Positions 27,135 to 37,165 of a DNA stretch of 64,000 nt are shown here, in pieces. Origin of the DNA: an uncultured Acidimicrobiaceae bacterium (GTDB lineage: Bacteria; Actinomycetota; Acidimicrobiia; Acidimicrobiales; RAAP-2); the NCBI GenBank assembly GCA_963817735.1, contig CAWFPP010000012.1, forward strand, positions 32,228 through 96,227, written 5' to 3'. Positions within the stretch are counted from its first letter, which is position 1. The number at the start of each line of letters is the position of its first letter. The position numbers and the translations under genes were made by a program. The notes beneath the pieces are model-generated. The model saw nothing but the letters and a program-made list of their open reading frames with translations. It was not told where the DNA came from and searched no databases.

Positions 27135-27232
27135 CCGGCGACCCTACTCAACGGCCCGCCGAGCACCCCGTCGAGCACCCCGTCTCGCACCGTCGCCCGG
27201 GCGGGCTCCGGCTGCCCATGGTTGAATGAGCC

Positions 27233-27460
27233 ATGTTCTACGTGCTGATCTTCAGCCTGGCGGCCGTGGTCCTGGTCGTCGCCTTCTTCGCCGCGATGTC
27301 ACGCCGCCGCCGCACGCTGCACAATGAGGACGCGCAGGCCGTCAGCGCCACCGGACACACGGCGCACGCCGCCCACGGCACTCACCCGGACGCAGCCGGA
27401 CGCCGGAACCGTAAGGCCAAGCGCACCCAGTCCCAGCACGACCGGCGTAAGCGGCACTGA
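27233..27460 (+). CDS. Hypothetical small membrane protein with a basic His/Arg/Lys-rich tail
   Basis: MFYVLIFSLAAVVLVVAFFAAM forms one TM helix, followed by a highly basic tail. Lies in an otherwise empty gap. Confidence 0.35.
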   Translation: MFYVLIFSLAAVVLVVAFFAAMSRRRRTLHNEDAQAVSATGHTAHAAHGTHPDAAGRRNRKAKRTQSQHDRRKRH

Positions 27461-27495
27461 GCGCGGATCGCGCGCGGAGCGGAGAGGACCGAAGA

Positions 27496-28353
27496 TCAGG
27501 CCGATTCGGCCGGGACGCGCTCGACGTAGAGGTCGGGATGGCGTCCGTCCTCCAGGAGCCCGGAGATCCCCTCGCGCGCGTATGCGATGTGCAGGTCGAT
27601 CCGGTGCACCAGCAGTTCGGCCCGGGCGAGCGAGCCCGGCACGGCCCGGCTGGCCTCCGCCACGACGGTGCCGGTTGGCGCCACGATCCGGCTGGCCCCG
27701 AGCAGCGTCGAGGTGGAGTGCGACCCGGCCTGGTTGGCCTGGACCCACCACTGGCTGTTGGTGAGCGCCAGGGCGGGGTAGAGGAGGTCCCAGGCGTTGG
27801 CCCCCTCCACCTCGTAGGCCGCCGGAGCGAGGATGAGGCGGGCACCGCGCAGCGCCATCGTCCGGGCGACCTCGGGGAAGTCGCCGTCGAAACACACCAC
27901 GAGGCCGACGCGCCCGAGGGCAGGGTCGTCGAACGTCGTCAACCGGTCGCCGGGGGTGAACACGGATGGCTCGAGCGTCGGCGGGTAGAGATGCGCCTTG
28001 CGATGCCAGGCAGCGAGCTCGCCGCGGGGGTTGAAGACGAGCGCCGTATCGTAGACGAGGCCGTCGTCGCCCAGCTCGGGCACGCTGCCGGCCGCCAGCC
28101 ACATCTCGCGCCGCCGAGCCGCCGCGCCCAGCCGTGCCGAACGTGGACCGTCGCGCGGCTCGGCGTCCGCTCGTGCGTCCCGGGCCAGCGTCTCGGGGTC
28201 GTAGCCGCACGACCACAGCTCCGGCAGCACGAGGAGCTCGACGCCGCGCGCCGCCGCATCGTCGACCATGCTGAGCGCCACGTTCATGTTCTGGCGCGGC
28301 TCCCCTGGCGCGGCCAGCCACTGGGCCACACCAACCAGAAGATCTCGCTTCAC
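27496..28353 (-). CDS. Carbon-nitrogen hydrolase (nitrilase superfamily)
   Basis: Glu-Lys-Cys triad contexts LLVLPELW, HRKAHLY, and GLVVCFDGDFPE. Confidence 0.85.
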   Translation of the reverse strand: MKRDLLVGVAQWLAAPGEPRQNMNVALSMVDDAAARGVELLVLPELWSCGYDPETLARDARADAEPRDGPRSARLGAAARRREMWLAAGSVPELGDDGLVYDTALVFNPRGELAAWHRKAHLYPPTLEPSVFTPGDRLTTFDDPALGRVGLVVCFDGDFPEVARTMALRGARLILAPAAYEVEGANAWDLLYPALALTNSQWWVQANQAGSHSTSTLLGASRIVAPTGTVVAEASRAVPGSLARAELLVHRIDLHIAYAREGISGLLEDGRHPDLYVERVPAESA

Positions 28354-28488
28354 GTCGGGTACCTGGTTTTCCCACCTTTGTACTTCTCTGTGCCGCTCAC
28401 CCTAGAGATGCAACGTTCGCAGCCCGTTTCCCGCACGTGAATGCACTGTTACAAGAGCAGCGCACGCTCCTGGTGAGAGGGCGCCGGA

Positions 28489-29448
28489 TCAGGCCTTCTC
28501 GGGCACCACCATGATCGCCAGCAGGTCATAGAGCACGTGCGCCGCGGCGACAGCGGTGATCTCGGCGTGGTCGTAGGCCGGGGAGACCTCCACCAGGTCG
28601 CCCCCCACGACAGCGGCAGGGCGGAGGCCCCGCACCAGGGCCAGGAGCTCGCGGCTGGTCAGGCCACCCGCCTCGGGCGTGCCGGTGCCCGGCGCGTGCG
28701 CCGGGTCGAGGACGTCGATGTCGACCGACACGTAGACCGGGGCGTCACCCACCCGCGCCAGCAGGTGCCGCACGACCTCGGCCACTCCGTGCACCGCCAC
28801 GTCGTCGGTGGTGATCTGGGCGAAGCCCATGGAGGAGTCGTCGGAGAGGTCGGCCCCGGAGTACAGCGGCCCGCGCAACCCTACGTGCACACTGTGGTCG
28901 TGGAGCAGGAGGCCCTCCTCCCAGGCGCGCCGGAACGGCGTCCCGTGCGTGTAGCGCTGCCCGAAGTACGTGTCCCAGGTATCGAGATGCGCATCGAAGT
29001 GCACCAGGGCGAGCGGGCCGTGCCGACGCGCCGTGGAGCGCAACAGCGGCAGCGCGATGGTGTGGTCACCCCCGATGGCGAGCAGTCGCCCGCCCTCCCG
29101 CAGGAGCGTGTCGGCTCCGGCCTCGATCTGCGCCACCGCCTCCTCGGCGCTGAAAGGTGTGCAGGCGATGTCGCCGGCGTCGACCACCTGGGCCAGCTCG
29201 AAGGGCAGCACCTCGAGCGCCGGGTGGTACGGCCGGAGCAGGCGCGAGCCCTGGCGCACGGCGGCCGGCCCGAAGCGGGCGCCGGGCCGGTAGCTGGTGC
29301 CGCCGTCGAAGGGCACGCCGACCACTGCGATGTCCCAGCGCGCCACTTGTTCGGCCGTGGGCAGGCGGGCGAAGGTGGCGAGGCCGGAGAAGCGGGGGAC
29401 GACGCTGGCGTCGGCCGGTCCGACCGGCTCCTGAGCGTCGGCCATCAA
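28489..29448 (-). CDS. Agmatinase / ureohydrolase family protein
   Basis: Mn-binding motifs [19 protein letters not shown], and [23 protein letters not shown]. Confidence 0.85.
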   Translation of the reverse strand: MMADAQEPVGPADASVVPRFSGLATFARLPTAEQVARWDIAVVGVPFDGGTSYRPGARFGPAAVRQGSRLLRPYHPALEVLPFELAQVVDAGDIACTPFSAEEAVAQIEAGADTLLREGGRLLAIGGDHTIALPLLRSTARRHGPLALVHFDAHLDTWDTYFGQRYTHGTPFRRAWEEGLLLHDHSVHVGLRGPLYSGADLSDDSSMGFAQITTDDVAVHGVAEVVRHLLARVGDAPVYVSVDIDVLDPAHAPGTGTPEAGGLTSRELLALVRGLRPAAVVGGDLVEVSPAYDHAEITAVAAAHVLYDLLAIMVVPEKA

Positions 29449-30662
29449 TCGTCGAGGGCCTGATAGACCAGCGCCCGCAGCTGGGCCCGGAAGGGATAGG
29501 CCACCGACGGGAAGAGCTGTGTCATGAAGACGACGAAGAGGTCCTCGGCCGGGTCGACCCAGAAGGCGGTGCTCGCCGCGCCACCCCAGTAGAACTCGCC
29601 GCCCGAGCCCGCCATGGCGGTGGCCGCCGGCCCCAGCCCGACCGCGAAGCCCAGGCCGAAGCCGACGCCCTCGAAGTTGGCCTCACCGAAGCCCCCGACC
29701 GCCAGGTCCTCCAACGCGGCGCCGCCGGGGAGGTGGTTGACGGTCATGAGCTGCAGCGTCTTGCGTCCGAGGACCCGCCGCCCGTCGAGCTGGCCACCGT
29801 TGGCCAGCATCTGGCAGAAGGCCACGTAGTCGTGGGTGGTCGAGACCAGGCCACCCGCTCCGGAGAGGTAGGACCGGGGGTGCAAGAAGCCGTTGGCGAA
29901 GGGGCCCTCCATGAGGCGGGGGGTGTTGGCCGGTCGGTACTGGTAGCAGGCGGCCAGACGAGGCGCCGATTGCCCGGGGACGAAGAAACCCGTGTCGACC
30001 ATGCCCAGCGGCTCGAAGAGCTCGCGTCGCAGGTACTCGTCGAGGGGCAGACCCGAGAGGATCTCCACGAGTCGTCCCACGATGTCGGTCGAGATCCCGT
30101 AGTTCCAATGCGCCCCGGGGTGGAACTTGAGGGGGTGCTCGGCCAGGAGTGCCGTGACGCTCTCGAGTGTCTGCTCGGGTCCCAGTTCGGCCCGGGCCTC
30201 GGTGAACGCGGCGTCGATGGGGTTGTCCGCGAGGATCCCGCCCGGCAGGCCGGTCATGTGCATCAGCACGTCACGCATGTTCATCGGGCGCTCCGGCTTC
30301 ACGAGAGTGACCATGCCATCGTCGCCCACCAGTGCGACTTGCTGGGTCCGCCACGCCGGGATGTAGCGGTGCACCGGGTCGAGCAGCTGGAAGCGACCCT
30401 GTTCGTACAGCTGCATGAGCGCGACCGACACGATGGGCTTGGTCATGGAGTAGATCCGGAAGATGGCGTCCTCGGCCATCGGCTTCTCCGCCTCACGGTC
30501 CATGAGACCGAGGGAGCGGTGATAGCCGACATGGCCGCCCCTGACCACCGTGATCTGGCAGCCGGCGATCTTCCCCGGCTCCACGTAGGTGGACGAGAAG
30601 TGGTCCGTGATGCGCTCGAGGCGCCCCTCGCTCATCCCGGCTGCGTCTGGTTCGATCTTCAT
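29445..30662 (-). CDS. Serine hydrolase (class C beta-lactamase/esterase family)
   Basis: SxxK motif in [19 protein letters not shown] at 30662 ([15 protein letters not shown]...) lies inside ORF 29445..30800. 4-nt overlap with the agmatinase start. Confidence 0.8.
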   Translation of the reverse strand: MKIEPDAAGMSEGRLERITDHFSSTYVEPGKIAGCQITVVRGGHVGYHRSLGLMDREAEKPMAEDAIFRIYSMTKPIVSVALMQLYEQGRFQLLDPVHRYIPAWRTQQVALVGDDGMVTLVKPERPMNMRDVLMHMTGLPGGILADNPIDAAFTEARAELGPEQTLESVTALLAEHPLKFHPGAHWNYGISTDIVGRLVEILSGLPLDEYLRRELFEPLGMVDTGFFVPGQSAPRLAACYQYRPANTPRLMEGPFANGFLHPRSYLSGAGGLVSTTHDYVAFCQMLANGGQLDGRRVLGRKTLQLMTVNHLPGGAALEDLAVGGFGEANFEGVGFGLGFAVGLGPAATAMAGSGGEFYWGGAASTAFWVDPAEDLFVVFMTQLFPSVAYPFRAQLRALVYQALDD

Positions 30663-30675
30663 GGCTGCTCCTCGG

Positions 30676-31485
30676 CTACCCCTTCTTGAGCTTCTGGTCG
30701 CGCAGGTACCCCGCGGTCCCCGCCATGAACGCGGCAACGTCCTTTTCCTTGGAGGCGGCCAGACCCTGGAAGTACTCGGGGAAGTAGACCTGGGCGGCAC
30801 CCGACTCGAGCCCCGCCAGAATGGCGTCGGCCATCGCCTGGACCGGCTCGGCCGGAATGGGCAGGTCGGGCACGTCGTTGTCGGGCAGCGAGAACAACGG
30901 CGTATCGATCACACCGGGGTAGACCACCATCACCTTGATCCCGGTCTCCCACAGGTCCACGGCCATCGCCTCGGAGAATGCCGTGAGCGCCGCCTTCGAC
31001 GCGTCGTAGGCCGCTTCACCGGGCGCGCTGAGCTTGGCCGCGATCGACGAGATGTTGACGATGGTGCCCGAGCCGCGGGCCAGCATCTGGGGGAGCAGGT
31101 CGTAGGTGAGGCGCATCGGCGACAGGTAGTTGATGTTCATCACCGCGGTGATGGTGTCGATGTCGAGCGCCGTGGTCTGTCGACGCTTGGGGATGCCTGC
31201 GTTGTTGATGAGGAGGTCGACCCCGCCGAAGGCGTCCAGCACGTCCACCGCCAGCTGGTCCACCGCATCGGGGTCGGCCAGGTCGGTCACCCACATGCGG
31301 CTGTCGGGCGAATGCTTCATGCAGCGCCCCACCACCTCTTTGAGCAACTCGTCCCGGCGGGCGCAGATGCCCACGACGGCACCCCGCTCGGCCAGGGTCT
31401 CGGCCAGCCCGGCCCCGATCCCCGATGAGCCCCCGGTCACCAGCGTGCGGCACCCCTGCAGGTCCAACGCCATCATCCACCCCAC
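30676..31485 (-). CDS. SDR family oxidoreductase
   Basis: TLVTGGSSGIGAG, NNAG, and a YDASKAAL catalytic motif. Confidence 0.85.
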   Translation of the reverse strand: MGWMMALDLQGCRTLVTGGSSGIGAGLAETLAERGAVVGICARRDELLKEVVGRCMKHSPDSRMWVTDLADPDAVDQLAVDVLDAFGGVDLLINNAGIPKRRQTTALDIDTITAVMNINYLSPMRLTYDLLPQMLARGSGTIVNISSIAAKLSAPGEAAYDASKAALTAFSEAMAVDLWETGIKVMVVYPGVIDTPLFSLPDNDVPDLPIPAEPVQAMADAILAGLESGAAQVYFPEYFQGLAASKEKDVAAFMAGTAGYLRDQKLKKG

Positions 31486-31612
31486 TTTCGTATCCGTGTC
31501 AGCCCGCCGTCACCTTAGGCACAGCCGGCACCCGGCGGGCATTGACATTTTGTTGATGTCTATGGACGCCGCGTTCACGCTGGGTTCACAAACGCCCCGC
31601 CAGCATGGGTCC

Positions 31613-31696
31613 ATGGCTGACTTTCTCGCAGTGCTCGGCATCGTGGGCTTCATCGCGGTGTTCATGGGCTTGATCTGGTGCCTGGAGCGGGTATGA
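31613..31696 (+). CDS. Candidate 27-aa hydrophobic micro-protein upstream of kdpF
   Basis: MADFLAVLGIVGFIAVFMGLIWCLERV forms a single TM helix. Its stop overlaps the kdpF ATG (ATGA). Confidence 0.3.
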   Translation: MADFLAVLGIVGFIAVFMGLIWCLERV

Positions 31697-31782
31697 CCTG
31701 GGTCCAGGGACTGCTGCTCGGCATCTCCGTCGTGATGTTCATCTACCTGGGGATCGCCATGTTCAAGCCCGAGTGGTTCTGA
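31693..31782 (+). CDS. kdpF: K+-transporting ATPase subunit F
   Basis: A 29-aa hydrophobic peptide, MTWVQGLLLGISVVMFIYLGIAMFKPEWF, ending 6 nt before kdpA. KdpF-like length and position. Confidence 0.6.
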   Translation: MTWVQGLLLGISVVMFIYLGIAMFKPEWF

Positions 31783-31788
31783 TCTGAC

Positions 31789-33477
31789 ATGGGTTTCTTT
31801 TGGACCGTCGTCGTTCTGATCGTCGCCCTGGGGATCACCTGGCGATACCTGGGCTCGTACATGGCCGCCGTCTTCGACGGCCGCGTCCACTACCTCGCCT
31901 GGGCGGAGCGGCCCTTCTACCGCCTACTGGGCACCGGCCCCGACAAAGAGCAGTCATGGCAGCGCTACGCCGGCTCGACCATCGTCTTCTCCGGTGTGTT
32001 CGTCGGCTTCGGCTATCTGTTGCTGCGGATCCAAGGGTCGCTGCCCCTCAACCCGCAGCACTTCGGTGCCGTGCCGCAAGCGCTCAGCTTCAACACGATC
32101 GTGTCGTTCATGACCAACACGAACTGGCAGAACTACGGCGGCGAGACGTCCATGTCGTACTTCTCCCAGATCGGCGTGCTCACCGTGCAGCAGTTCGTCA
32201 GCGCCGCCGTCGGGATCGCCGTGGCGATCGCCGTGACCCGGGGATTCTCCCGGCGAAACTCTCCGACCATCGGCAATTTCTGGGTCGACATCACCCGCTG
32301 CATGCTCTACATCCTGCTCCCGATCGTGTTCGTGACCGGGATCATCATTGTGGGAGAGGGCGCGGTGCAGACCCTCGCCGGCCCAGTGACGATCCATGAC
32401 GCGCTCAACGGCGTCACCCAGACCATTCCCCGCGGTCCGGCCGGCTTCATGGGCACGATCATGCAGATCGGGACCAACGGCGGCGGCTTCTTCAACGTCG
32501 ACCTGGCCCACCCGTTCGAGAACCCGACCGGGGTCACCAACCTCATCTACATCTGGCTCACCCTGTCCATCCCGTTCGCCCTCACCTACACCTTCGGCAA
32601 GATGGTGGGCAGCATCCGCCACGGGGTCGCCTTGCTGATCGCCATGGTGTTGATCTTCGGAACCTGGGTGGGCTTCACCGTCTACGCCGAGCACCAGAAC
32701 AACCCGGCCATCGCAACAGCCGGCGTGCACTCCACGGTCGGGAACACCGAGGGCAAAGAAGTCCGCTTCGGCGTCCCAACGAGCGCACTGTTCAACGTGT
32801 CGATGACCCAGACGTCCGACGGTGCCGTCGACAGCGCGACGGACTCGTACAACCCGATCGGCGGCATGGGTCCTCTGACCGGCATGATGCTGGGTGAGGT
32901 GACCCCGGGTGGGACGGGGAGCGGTCTGTACACCATCCTCATCTACGCCGTCATCGCGGTCTTCCTCGGCGGCCTCATGATCGGGCGTACGCCCGAGTAC
33001 TTGGGAAAGAAGATCCAGTCCCGGGAGGTGAAACTCGCCGGGCTGGCGGCCCTGGTGATGCCCATCATCGTGCTCGTCCTCACGGCGATCGCCGTGTCCA
33101 TCCATGCCGGCCGTGCGGGCCCCCTCAACTCCGGCCCGCACGGCTTCACTGAGATCCTCTACGCCCTCACGTCACAGGGCAACAACAACGGGTCCGCCAT
33201 GGCCGGACTGACCGGGAACACGACGTTCTACAACGTGGTCGGCAGCATCGACATGCTCATCGGAAGGTTCGGCGTGATGATCCCGGCCCTCGCGCTCGGA
33301 GGGGGCTTGGCCGCCAAGGGCATAGTGCCCACGTCCCTCGGGACCTTCCGCACCGACAACGGCATGTTCGTCGGTCTAGTCATCGGCGTCATCCTCATCA
33401 TCGGTGGCCTCACCTTCTTCCCTGCCGTCTCACTCGGCCCCATCGTCGAGCAGCTCAGCCACGGAAAGTTCTTCTGA
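31789..33477 (+). CDS. kdpA: K+-transporting ATPase subunit A
   Basis: 562-aa polytopic protein. The N-terminus [12 protein letters not shown]...RPFYRLLG and [10 protein letters not shown] are KdpA signatures. Followed by kdpB and kdpC. Confidence 0.95.
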   Translation: MGFFWTVVVLIVALGITWRYLGSYMAAVFDGRVHYLAWAERPFYRLLGTGPDKEQSWQRYAGSTIVFSGVFVGFGYLLLRIQGSLPLNPQHFGAVPQALSFNTIVSFMTNTNWQNYGGETSMSYFSQIGVLTVQQFVSAAVGIAVAIAVTRGFSRRNSPTIGNFWVDITRCMLYILLPIVFVTGIIIVGEGAVQTLAGPVTIHDALNGVTQTIPRGPAGFMGTIMQIGTNGGGFFNVDLAHPFENPTGVTNLIYIWLTLSIPFALTYTFGKMVGSIRHGVALLIAMVLIFGTWVGFTVYAEHQNNPAIATAGVHSTVGNTEGKEVRFGVPTSALFNVSMTQTSDGAVDSATDSYNPIGGMGPLTGMMLGEVTPGGTGSGLYTILIYAVIAVFLGGLMIGRTPEYLGKKIQSREVKLAGLAALVMPIIVLVLTAIAVSIHAGRAGPLNSGPHGFTEILYALTSQGNNNGSAMAGLTGNTTFYNVVGSIDMLIGRFGVMIPALALGGGLAAKGIVPTSLGTFRTDNGMFVGLVIGVILIIGGLTFFPAVSLGPIVEQLSHGKFF

Positions 33478-35540
33478 TGACCACAGTGACCGCACAACCG
33501 CAAGCCCAGCCCGGCGATCTGCCGCACGGCGTGAGCGGGTCTCGGAGCCTCTTCGATCGCCAGATCATGGGCCGGGCGTTGATCGACGCCTTCAAAAAGT
33601 TCGACCCGCGGGTGCAGATCAAGAACCCGGTCATGTTCGTGGTGCTCGTCGGCACGGTCGTGACTCTGATCGAGTCGATCGCGCATCCCGGCAAGTTCGA
33701 CTGGTCCATCACGATCTGGCTGTTCTTGACCGTGATGTTCGCCAACTTCGCCGAGGCGATGGCGGAAGGGCGAGGGAAGGCCCAGGCCGACACCCTCCGC
33801 CGCATGCGCGCCGAGACCGAGGCGCGTCGCCTCACTCCGGACGGGACGGAGGAGCGGGTGCATGCCGCGGAACTGGCGAAGGGGGACCTCGTGGTGTGCG
33901 AGGCGGGTGACATCATCCCCTCGGACGGCGAGATCGTCGAGGGCATCGCCTCGGTGGACGAGTCGGCCATCACGGGGGAGTCGGCACCCGTCATCCGCGA
34001 GTCCGGAGGTGATCGCTCTGCCGTCACGGGAGGCACACGCGTGCTCTCCGACCGCATCGTGGTGCGTATCACGGCCGAGCGAGGTAAGACCTTCCTCGAC
34101 CGCATGATCACCCTGGTCGAAGGGGCCAACCGCCAGAGGACGCCGAACGAGATCGCTCTCACCATCCTCCTGGCCGTGCTGACCATCGTCTTCATCCCCG
34201 TCGTGGTGACCCTGCAGGCGTTCGGGAAGTACTCGGGCGCGACGGTGTCGGTCGTCATCTTGGTGTCGCTACTCGTGTGCCTCATTCCGACGACCATCGG
34301 CGCGCTCCTCTCCGCCATTGGCATCGCCGGCATGGACCGACTCGTACAGCGCAACGTCCTCGCCATGAGCGGGCGCGCCGTCGAGGCGGCGGGCGACGTG
34401 CAGACGCTGCTGCTCGACAAGACCGGGACGATCACGCTCGGCAACCGCATGGCGTCGAACTTCTTTCCGGCGCACGGACACACCGAAGAGGAGGTGGCCG
34501 ACGTCGCCCAGCTGGCTTCGCTGGCCGACGAGACTCCCGAGGGCAGGTCCATCGTGGTCCTGGCCAAGGAGCGCTTCAACATTCGCGAACGAGAGCTGGG
34601 TGCGCACGAGTTCGTCCCGTTCTCGGCGACCACCCGGATGTCGGGACTCGACCTCGAGGGCCGTCAGATCCGCAAGGGTGCGGCGGATTCGGTGCGGGCC
34701 TGGGCGGTCGAGCAGGGGGGTACACCGCCCGACGGGCTCCAAGAGATCGTCGATCGCATCGCCCGGGCCGGCTCCACCCCACTGGTCGTCGCCGATGGCC
34801 CAGCGATTCTCGGGGTGATCGAGCTCAAGGACGTGGTGAAGACCGGGATCCGCGAGAAGTTCGCCGAGATGCGTCAGATGGGGATCAAGACGGTCATGAT
34901 CACCGGCGACAACCCCCTCACAGCGGCAGCCATTGCCCAAGAGGCAGGCGTCGACGACTTCTTGGCTGAGGCAACCCCCGAGGCCAAACTCGAGCTGATC
35001 CGCCAGGAGCAGGCAGGAGAGAAGCTGGTCGCCATGACGGGCGACGGCACCAACGACGCGCCAGCCCTGGCTCAAGCTGATGTAGGCGTCGCGATGAACA
35101 CCGGGACGACCGCGGCCAAAGAGGCCGGCAACATGGTCGACCTCGATTCCAACCCCACCAAGCTGATCGACATCGTCGAAATCGGCAAGCAGCTGCTCAT
35201 CACCCGCGGATCGCTTACGACGTTCTCCATCGCCAACGATGTGGCCAAGTACTTTGCCATCATCCCGGCGCTATTCGTGGCGACCTATCCGCAGCTCAAC
35301 ACCCTCAACATCATGAAGTTGCACAGCCCGGAGAGTGCGGTGCTCTCGGCCGTGATCTTCAACGCCCTCGTGATCGTGGCGCTCATCCCGCTGGCGCTGC
35401 GAGGAGTGAAGTTCAGGGCGGCGTCCGCAGAGGCGATCCTGCGCCGAAACGTCTTCATCTACGGCGTGGGCGGGATCATCGCGCCGTTCATCTTCATCAA
35501 GCTCATCGACATCATCCTTGTCGCCCTCCACGCGTATTGA
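33477..35540 (+). CDS. kdpB: K+-transporting P-type ATPase subunit B
   Basis: P-type motifs DKTGTIT, TGDN, and [15 protein letters not shown] overlap with kdpA. Confidence 0.95.
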   Translation: MTTVTAQPQAQPGDLPHGVSGSRSLFDRQIMGRALIDAFKKFDPRVQIKNPVMFVVLVGTVVTLIESIAHPGKFDWSITIWLFLTVMFANFAEAMAEGRGKAQADTLRRMRAETEARRLTPDGTEERVHAAELAKGDLVVCEAGDIIPSDGEIVEGIASVDESAITGESAPVIRESGGDRSAVTGGTRVLSDRIVVRITAERGKTFLDRMITLVEGANRQRTPNEIALTILLAVLTIVFIPVVVTLQAFGKYSGATVSVVILVSLLVCLIPTTIGALLSAIGIAGMDRLVQRNVLAMSGRAVEAAGDVQTLLLDKTGTITLGNRMASNFFPAHGHTEEEVADVAQLASLADETPEGRSIVVLAKERFNIRERELGAHEFVPFSATTRMSGLDLEGRQIRKGAADSVRAWAVEQGGTPPDGLQEIVDRIARAGSTPLVVADGPAILGVIELKDVVKTGIREKFAEMRQMGIKTVMITGDNPLTAAAIAQEAGVDDFLAEATPEAKLELIRQEQAGEKLVAMTGDGTNDAPALAQADVGVAMNTGTTAAKEAGNMVDLDSNPTKLIDIVEIGKQLLITRGSLTTFSIANDVAKYFAIIPALFVATYPQLNTLNIMKLHSPESAVLSAVIFNALVIVALIPLALRGVKFRAASAEAILRRNVFIYGVGGIIAPFIFIKLIDIILVALHAY

Positions 35541-35553
35541 TAGCGAGTCCCAC

Positions 35554-36201
35554 ATGATCATCCACCTCCGCCGCTCTGTCGTGGCCATCCTGGTCTTCAC
35601 CGTCTTCTTCGGGTTCGTCTACGCCTTCGTCGGCACCGGGGTCGCCCAGCTGTTCTTCAAGAACCAGGCCGACGGGTCCATCACGGCCAACGGCTCGACG
35701 CTCATCGGGCAGAACTGGTCCCAGACCAAGTGCCCGGGCCATCCGCTCGGCAGCTGCGTGTTCCAGGGCCGCCCCGACGCCCTCGGCCCGTACGCGGGCT
35801 CCGCGAACCCGGTCGCCGCCGGGGGCGACAACCCGTTCGAGGCCAACAACATCCCCGGCAAGCCCAACGTCCTGAACCCCGGCGAGTCCTCGGCGACCAA
35901 CCTCGGGCCCCGCTCCGAGACTCTGCTGAAGAACGCCCAGCAGTTGGCGGCCTACTGGGAGGCACGGGGGGTCAACCCGACACCCGACCTCGTCACCACC
36001 TCGGGCAGCGGGATCGACCCGGACATCACCCCTCAGGACGCCATTGCGGAGATCCCCATGGTGTCGCGCGCGACCGGGATCTCCGCTTCGACGCTGCGGC
36101 ATCTGATCAGCCAGCAGACCACGGGCATGCAGCTGGGTTTCCTGGGCTCGCCCTACGTCAACGTGCTGCAGCTCAACGAGGCGCTGGCCAAGCTGAAGTG
36201 A
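35554..36201 (+). CDS. kdpC: K+-transporting ATPase subunit C
   Basis: MIIHLRRSVVAILVFTVFFGFVYAFVGTGVAQ..., then SGSGIDPDITP, typical of KdpC. ATG 35554 lies 13 nt after the kdpB stop. Confidence 0.9.
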   Translation: MIIHLRRSVVAILVFTVFFGFVYAFVGTGVAQLFFKNQADGSITANGSTLIGQNWSQTKCPGHPLGSCVFQGRPDALGPYAGSANPVAAGGDNPFEANNIPGKPNVLNPGESSATNLGPRSETLLKNAQQLAAYWEARGVNPTPDLVTTSGSGIDPDITPQDAIAEIPMVSRATGISASTLRHLISQQTTGMQLGFLGSPYVNVLQLNEALAKLK

Positions 36202-36491
36202 CCACGACCGCCATCGGGGCGGTGGTGCTCCGCAAGCGGAACACGGTGCGCGGACAGGTCGTCTCTCTGACAGCCTTCGAGCGCCCCTGGGTGCGTACCG
36301 ATGCCGTGCTGGACGACGGCACCGGAACGTTGGTGTTGCGCTTCTTCGGCCGTCCAGGGGTGGCGGGTCTCGTCACCGGTAGCCGAATCGTGGCCCAGGG
36401 GACGCCGGGTCGTGTCGACGGAACCATCGTGATGATCAACCCGGTCTACTCGTTCAACGTGGGAGAGTGGTCCCTTGGCACCAGCTGGTAG
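36198..36491 (+). CDS. Small OB-fold domain protein, translationally coupled to kdpC
   Basis: GTG overlaps the kdpC stop (GTGA). VRGQVVSLTAFERPWVRTDAVLDDGTGTLVLRFFGRPGVAGLVTGSRIVAQGTPGRVDGTIVMINPVY matches the actinobacterial family annotated as an OB-fold nucleic acid binding domain (recognised from memory). Confidence 0.55.
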   Translation: MTTTAIGAVVLRKRNTVRGQVVSLTAFERPWVRTDAVLDDGTGTLVLRFFGRPGVAGLVTGSRIVAQGTPGRVDGTIVMINPVYSFNVGEWSLGTSW

Positions 36492-37156
36492 CCGATGCCG
36501 GGCACTGTCTTGAGCAACGTGCCTTCCTCGTCTCCCAACTTCTTACGCAGTCGGTGGGTGTAGACCCGCACGTAGTTGGCCTCGGCGCCGTAGCCGGGCC
36601 CCCACACGTCCTTGAGGATCATGTGGTGGGTGCACACCTTGCCGGCGTGACGGGCGAGATAGGCCAGGAGCTCGAACTCCTTGGCCGTGAGCTGCAGCTC
36701 CGAGCCCGACAGCGTGGCCATGTGATGGACGAGGTCGATGTCGAGATCGCCGACCACGAGGGTGGTCGTCTTGTCCGACCCCTCGCTCTTCCGGGCGGCG
36801 GCGTGGCGCAGTGCGACCCTGAGCCGCGCCTCGAGCTCCGCCATGCCGAAGGGCTTCGTCACGAAGTCGTCGGCCCCGCTGTCGAGCGCCTCCACCTTGC
36901 GACGCTCGTCCCCGTAGGCGGACAGCACCACGATCGGCACATCCGAGAATTCGCGGACACGGCGGCAGACCTCGAGGCCGTCGACGTCGGGCAGGCCCAG
37001 ATCGAGGATGACAAGGTCTGGTCCGGCGAGCGCGACCTGGTTGATGGCCTCCGTCCCCGAATGCGCGACGAGCACATCATCCCCGCGAGCCGTCAGGCCG
37101 ATTCGCAGTACCTTCAGCAGCGATGGATCGTCGTCGACGACGAGCACCTTGGTCAT
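36446..37156 (-). CDS. kdpE: OmpR-family response regulator KdpE
   Basis: Receiver domain (VLVVDDDPSLL...DLVILDLGLPDVDG) plus a winged-helix C-terminus. Immediately downstream of the kdpD kinase gene. Confidence 0.9.
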   Translation of the reverse strand: MTKVLVVDDDPSLLKVLRIGLTARGDDVLVAHSGTEAINQVALAGPDLVILDLGLPDVDGLEVCRRVREFSDVPIVVLSAYGDERRKVEALDSGADDFVTKPFGMAELEARLRVALRHAAARKSEGSDKTTTLVVGDLDIDLVHHMATLSGSELQLTAKEFELLAYLARHAGKVCTHHMILKDVWGPGYGAEANYVRVYTHRLRKKLGDEEGTLLKTVPGIGYQLVPRDHSPTLNE

Positions 37157-37165
37157 GGCGGCGGT

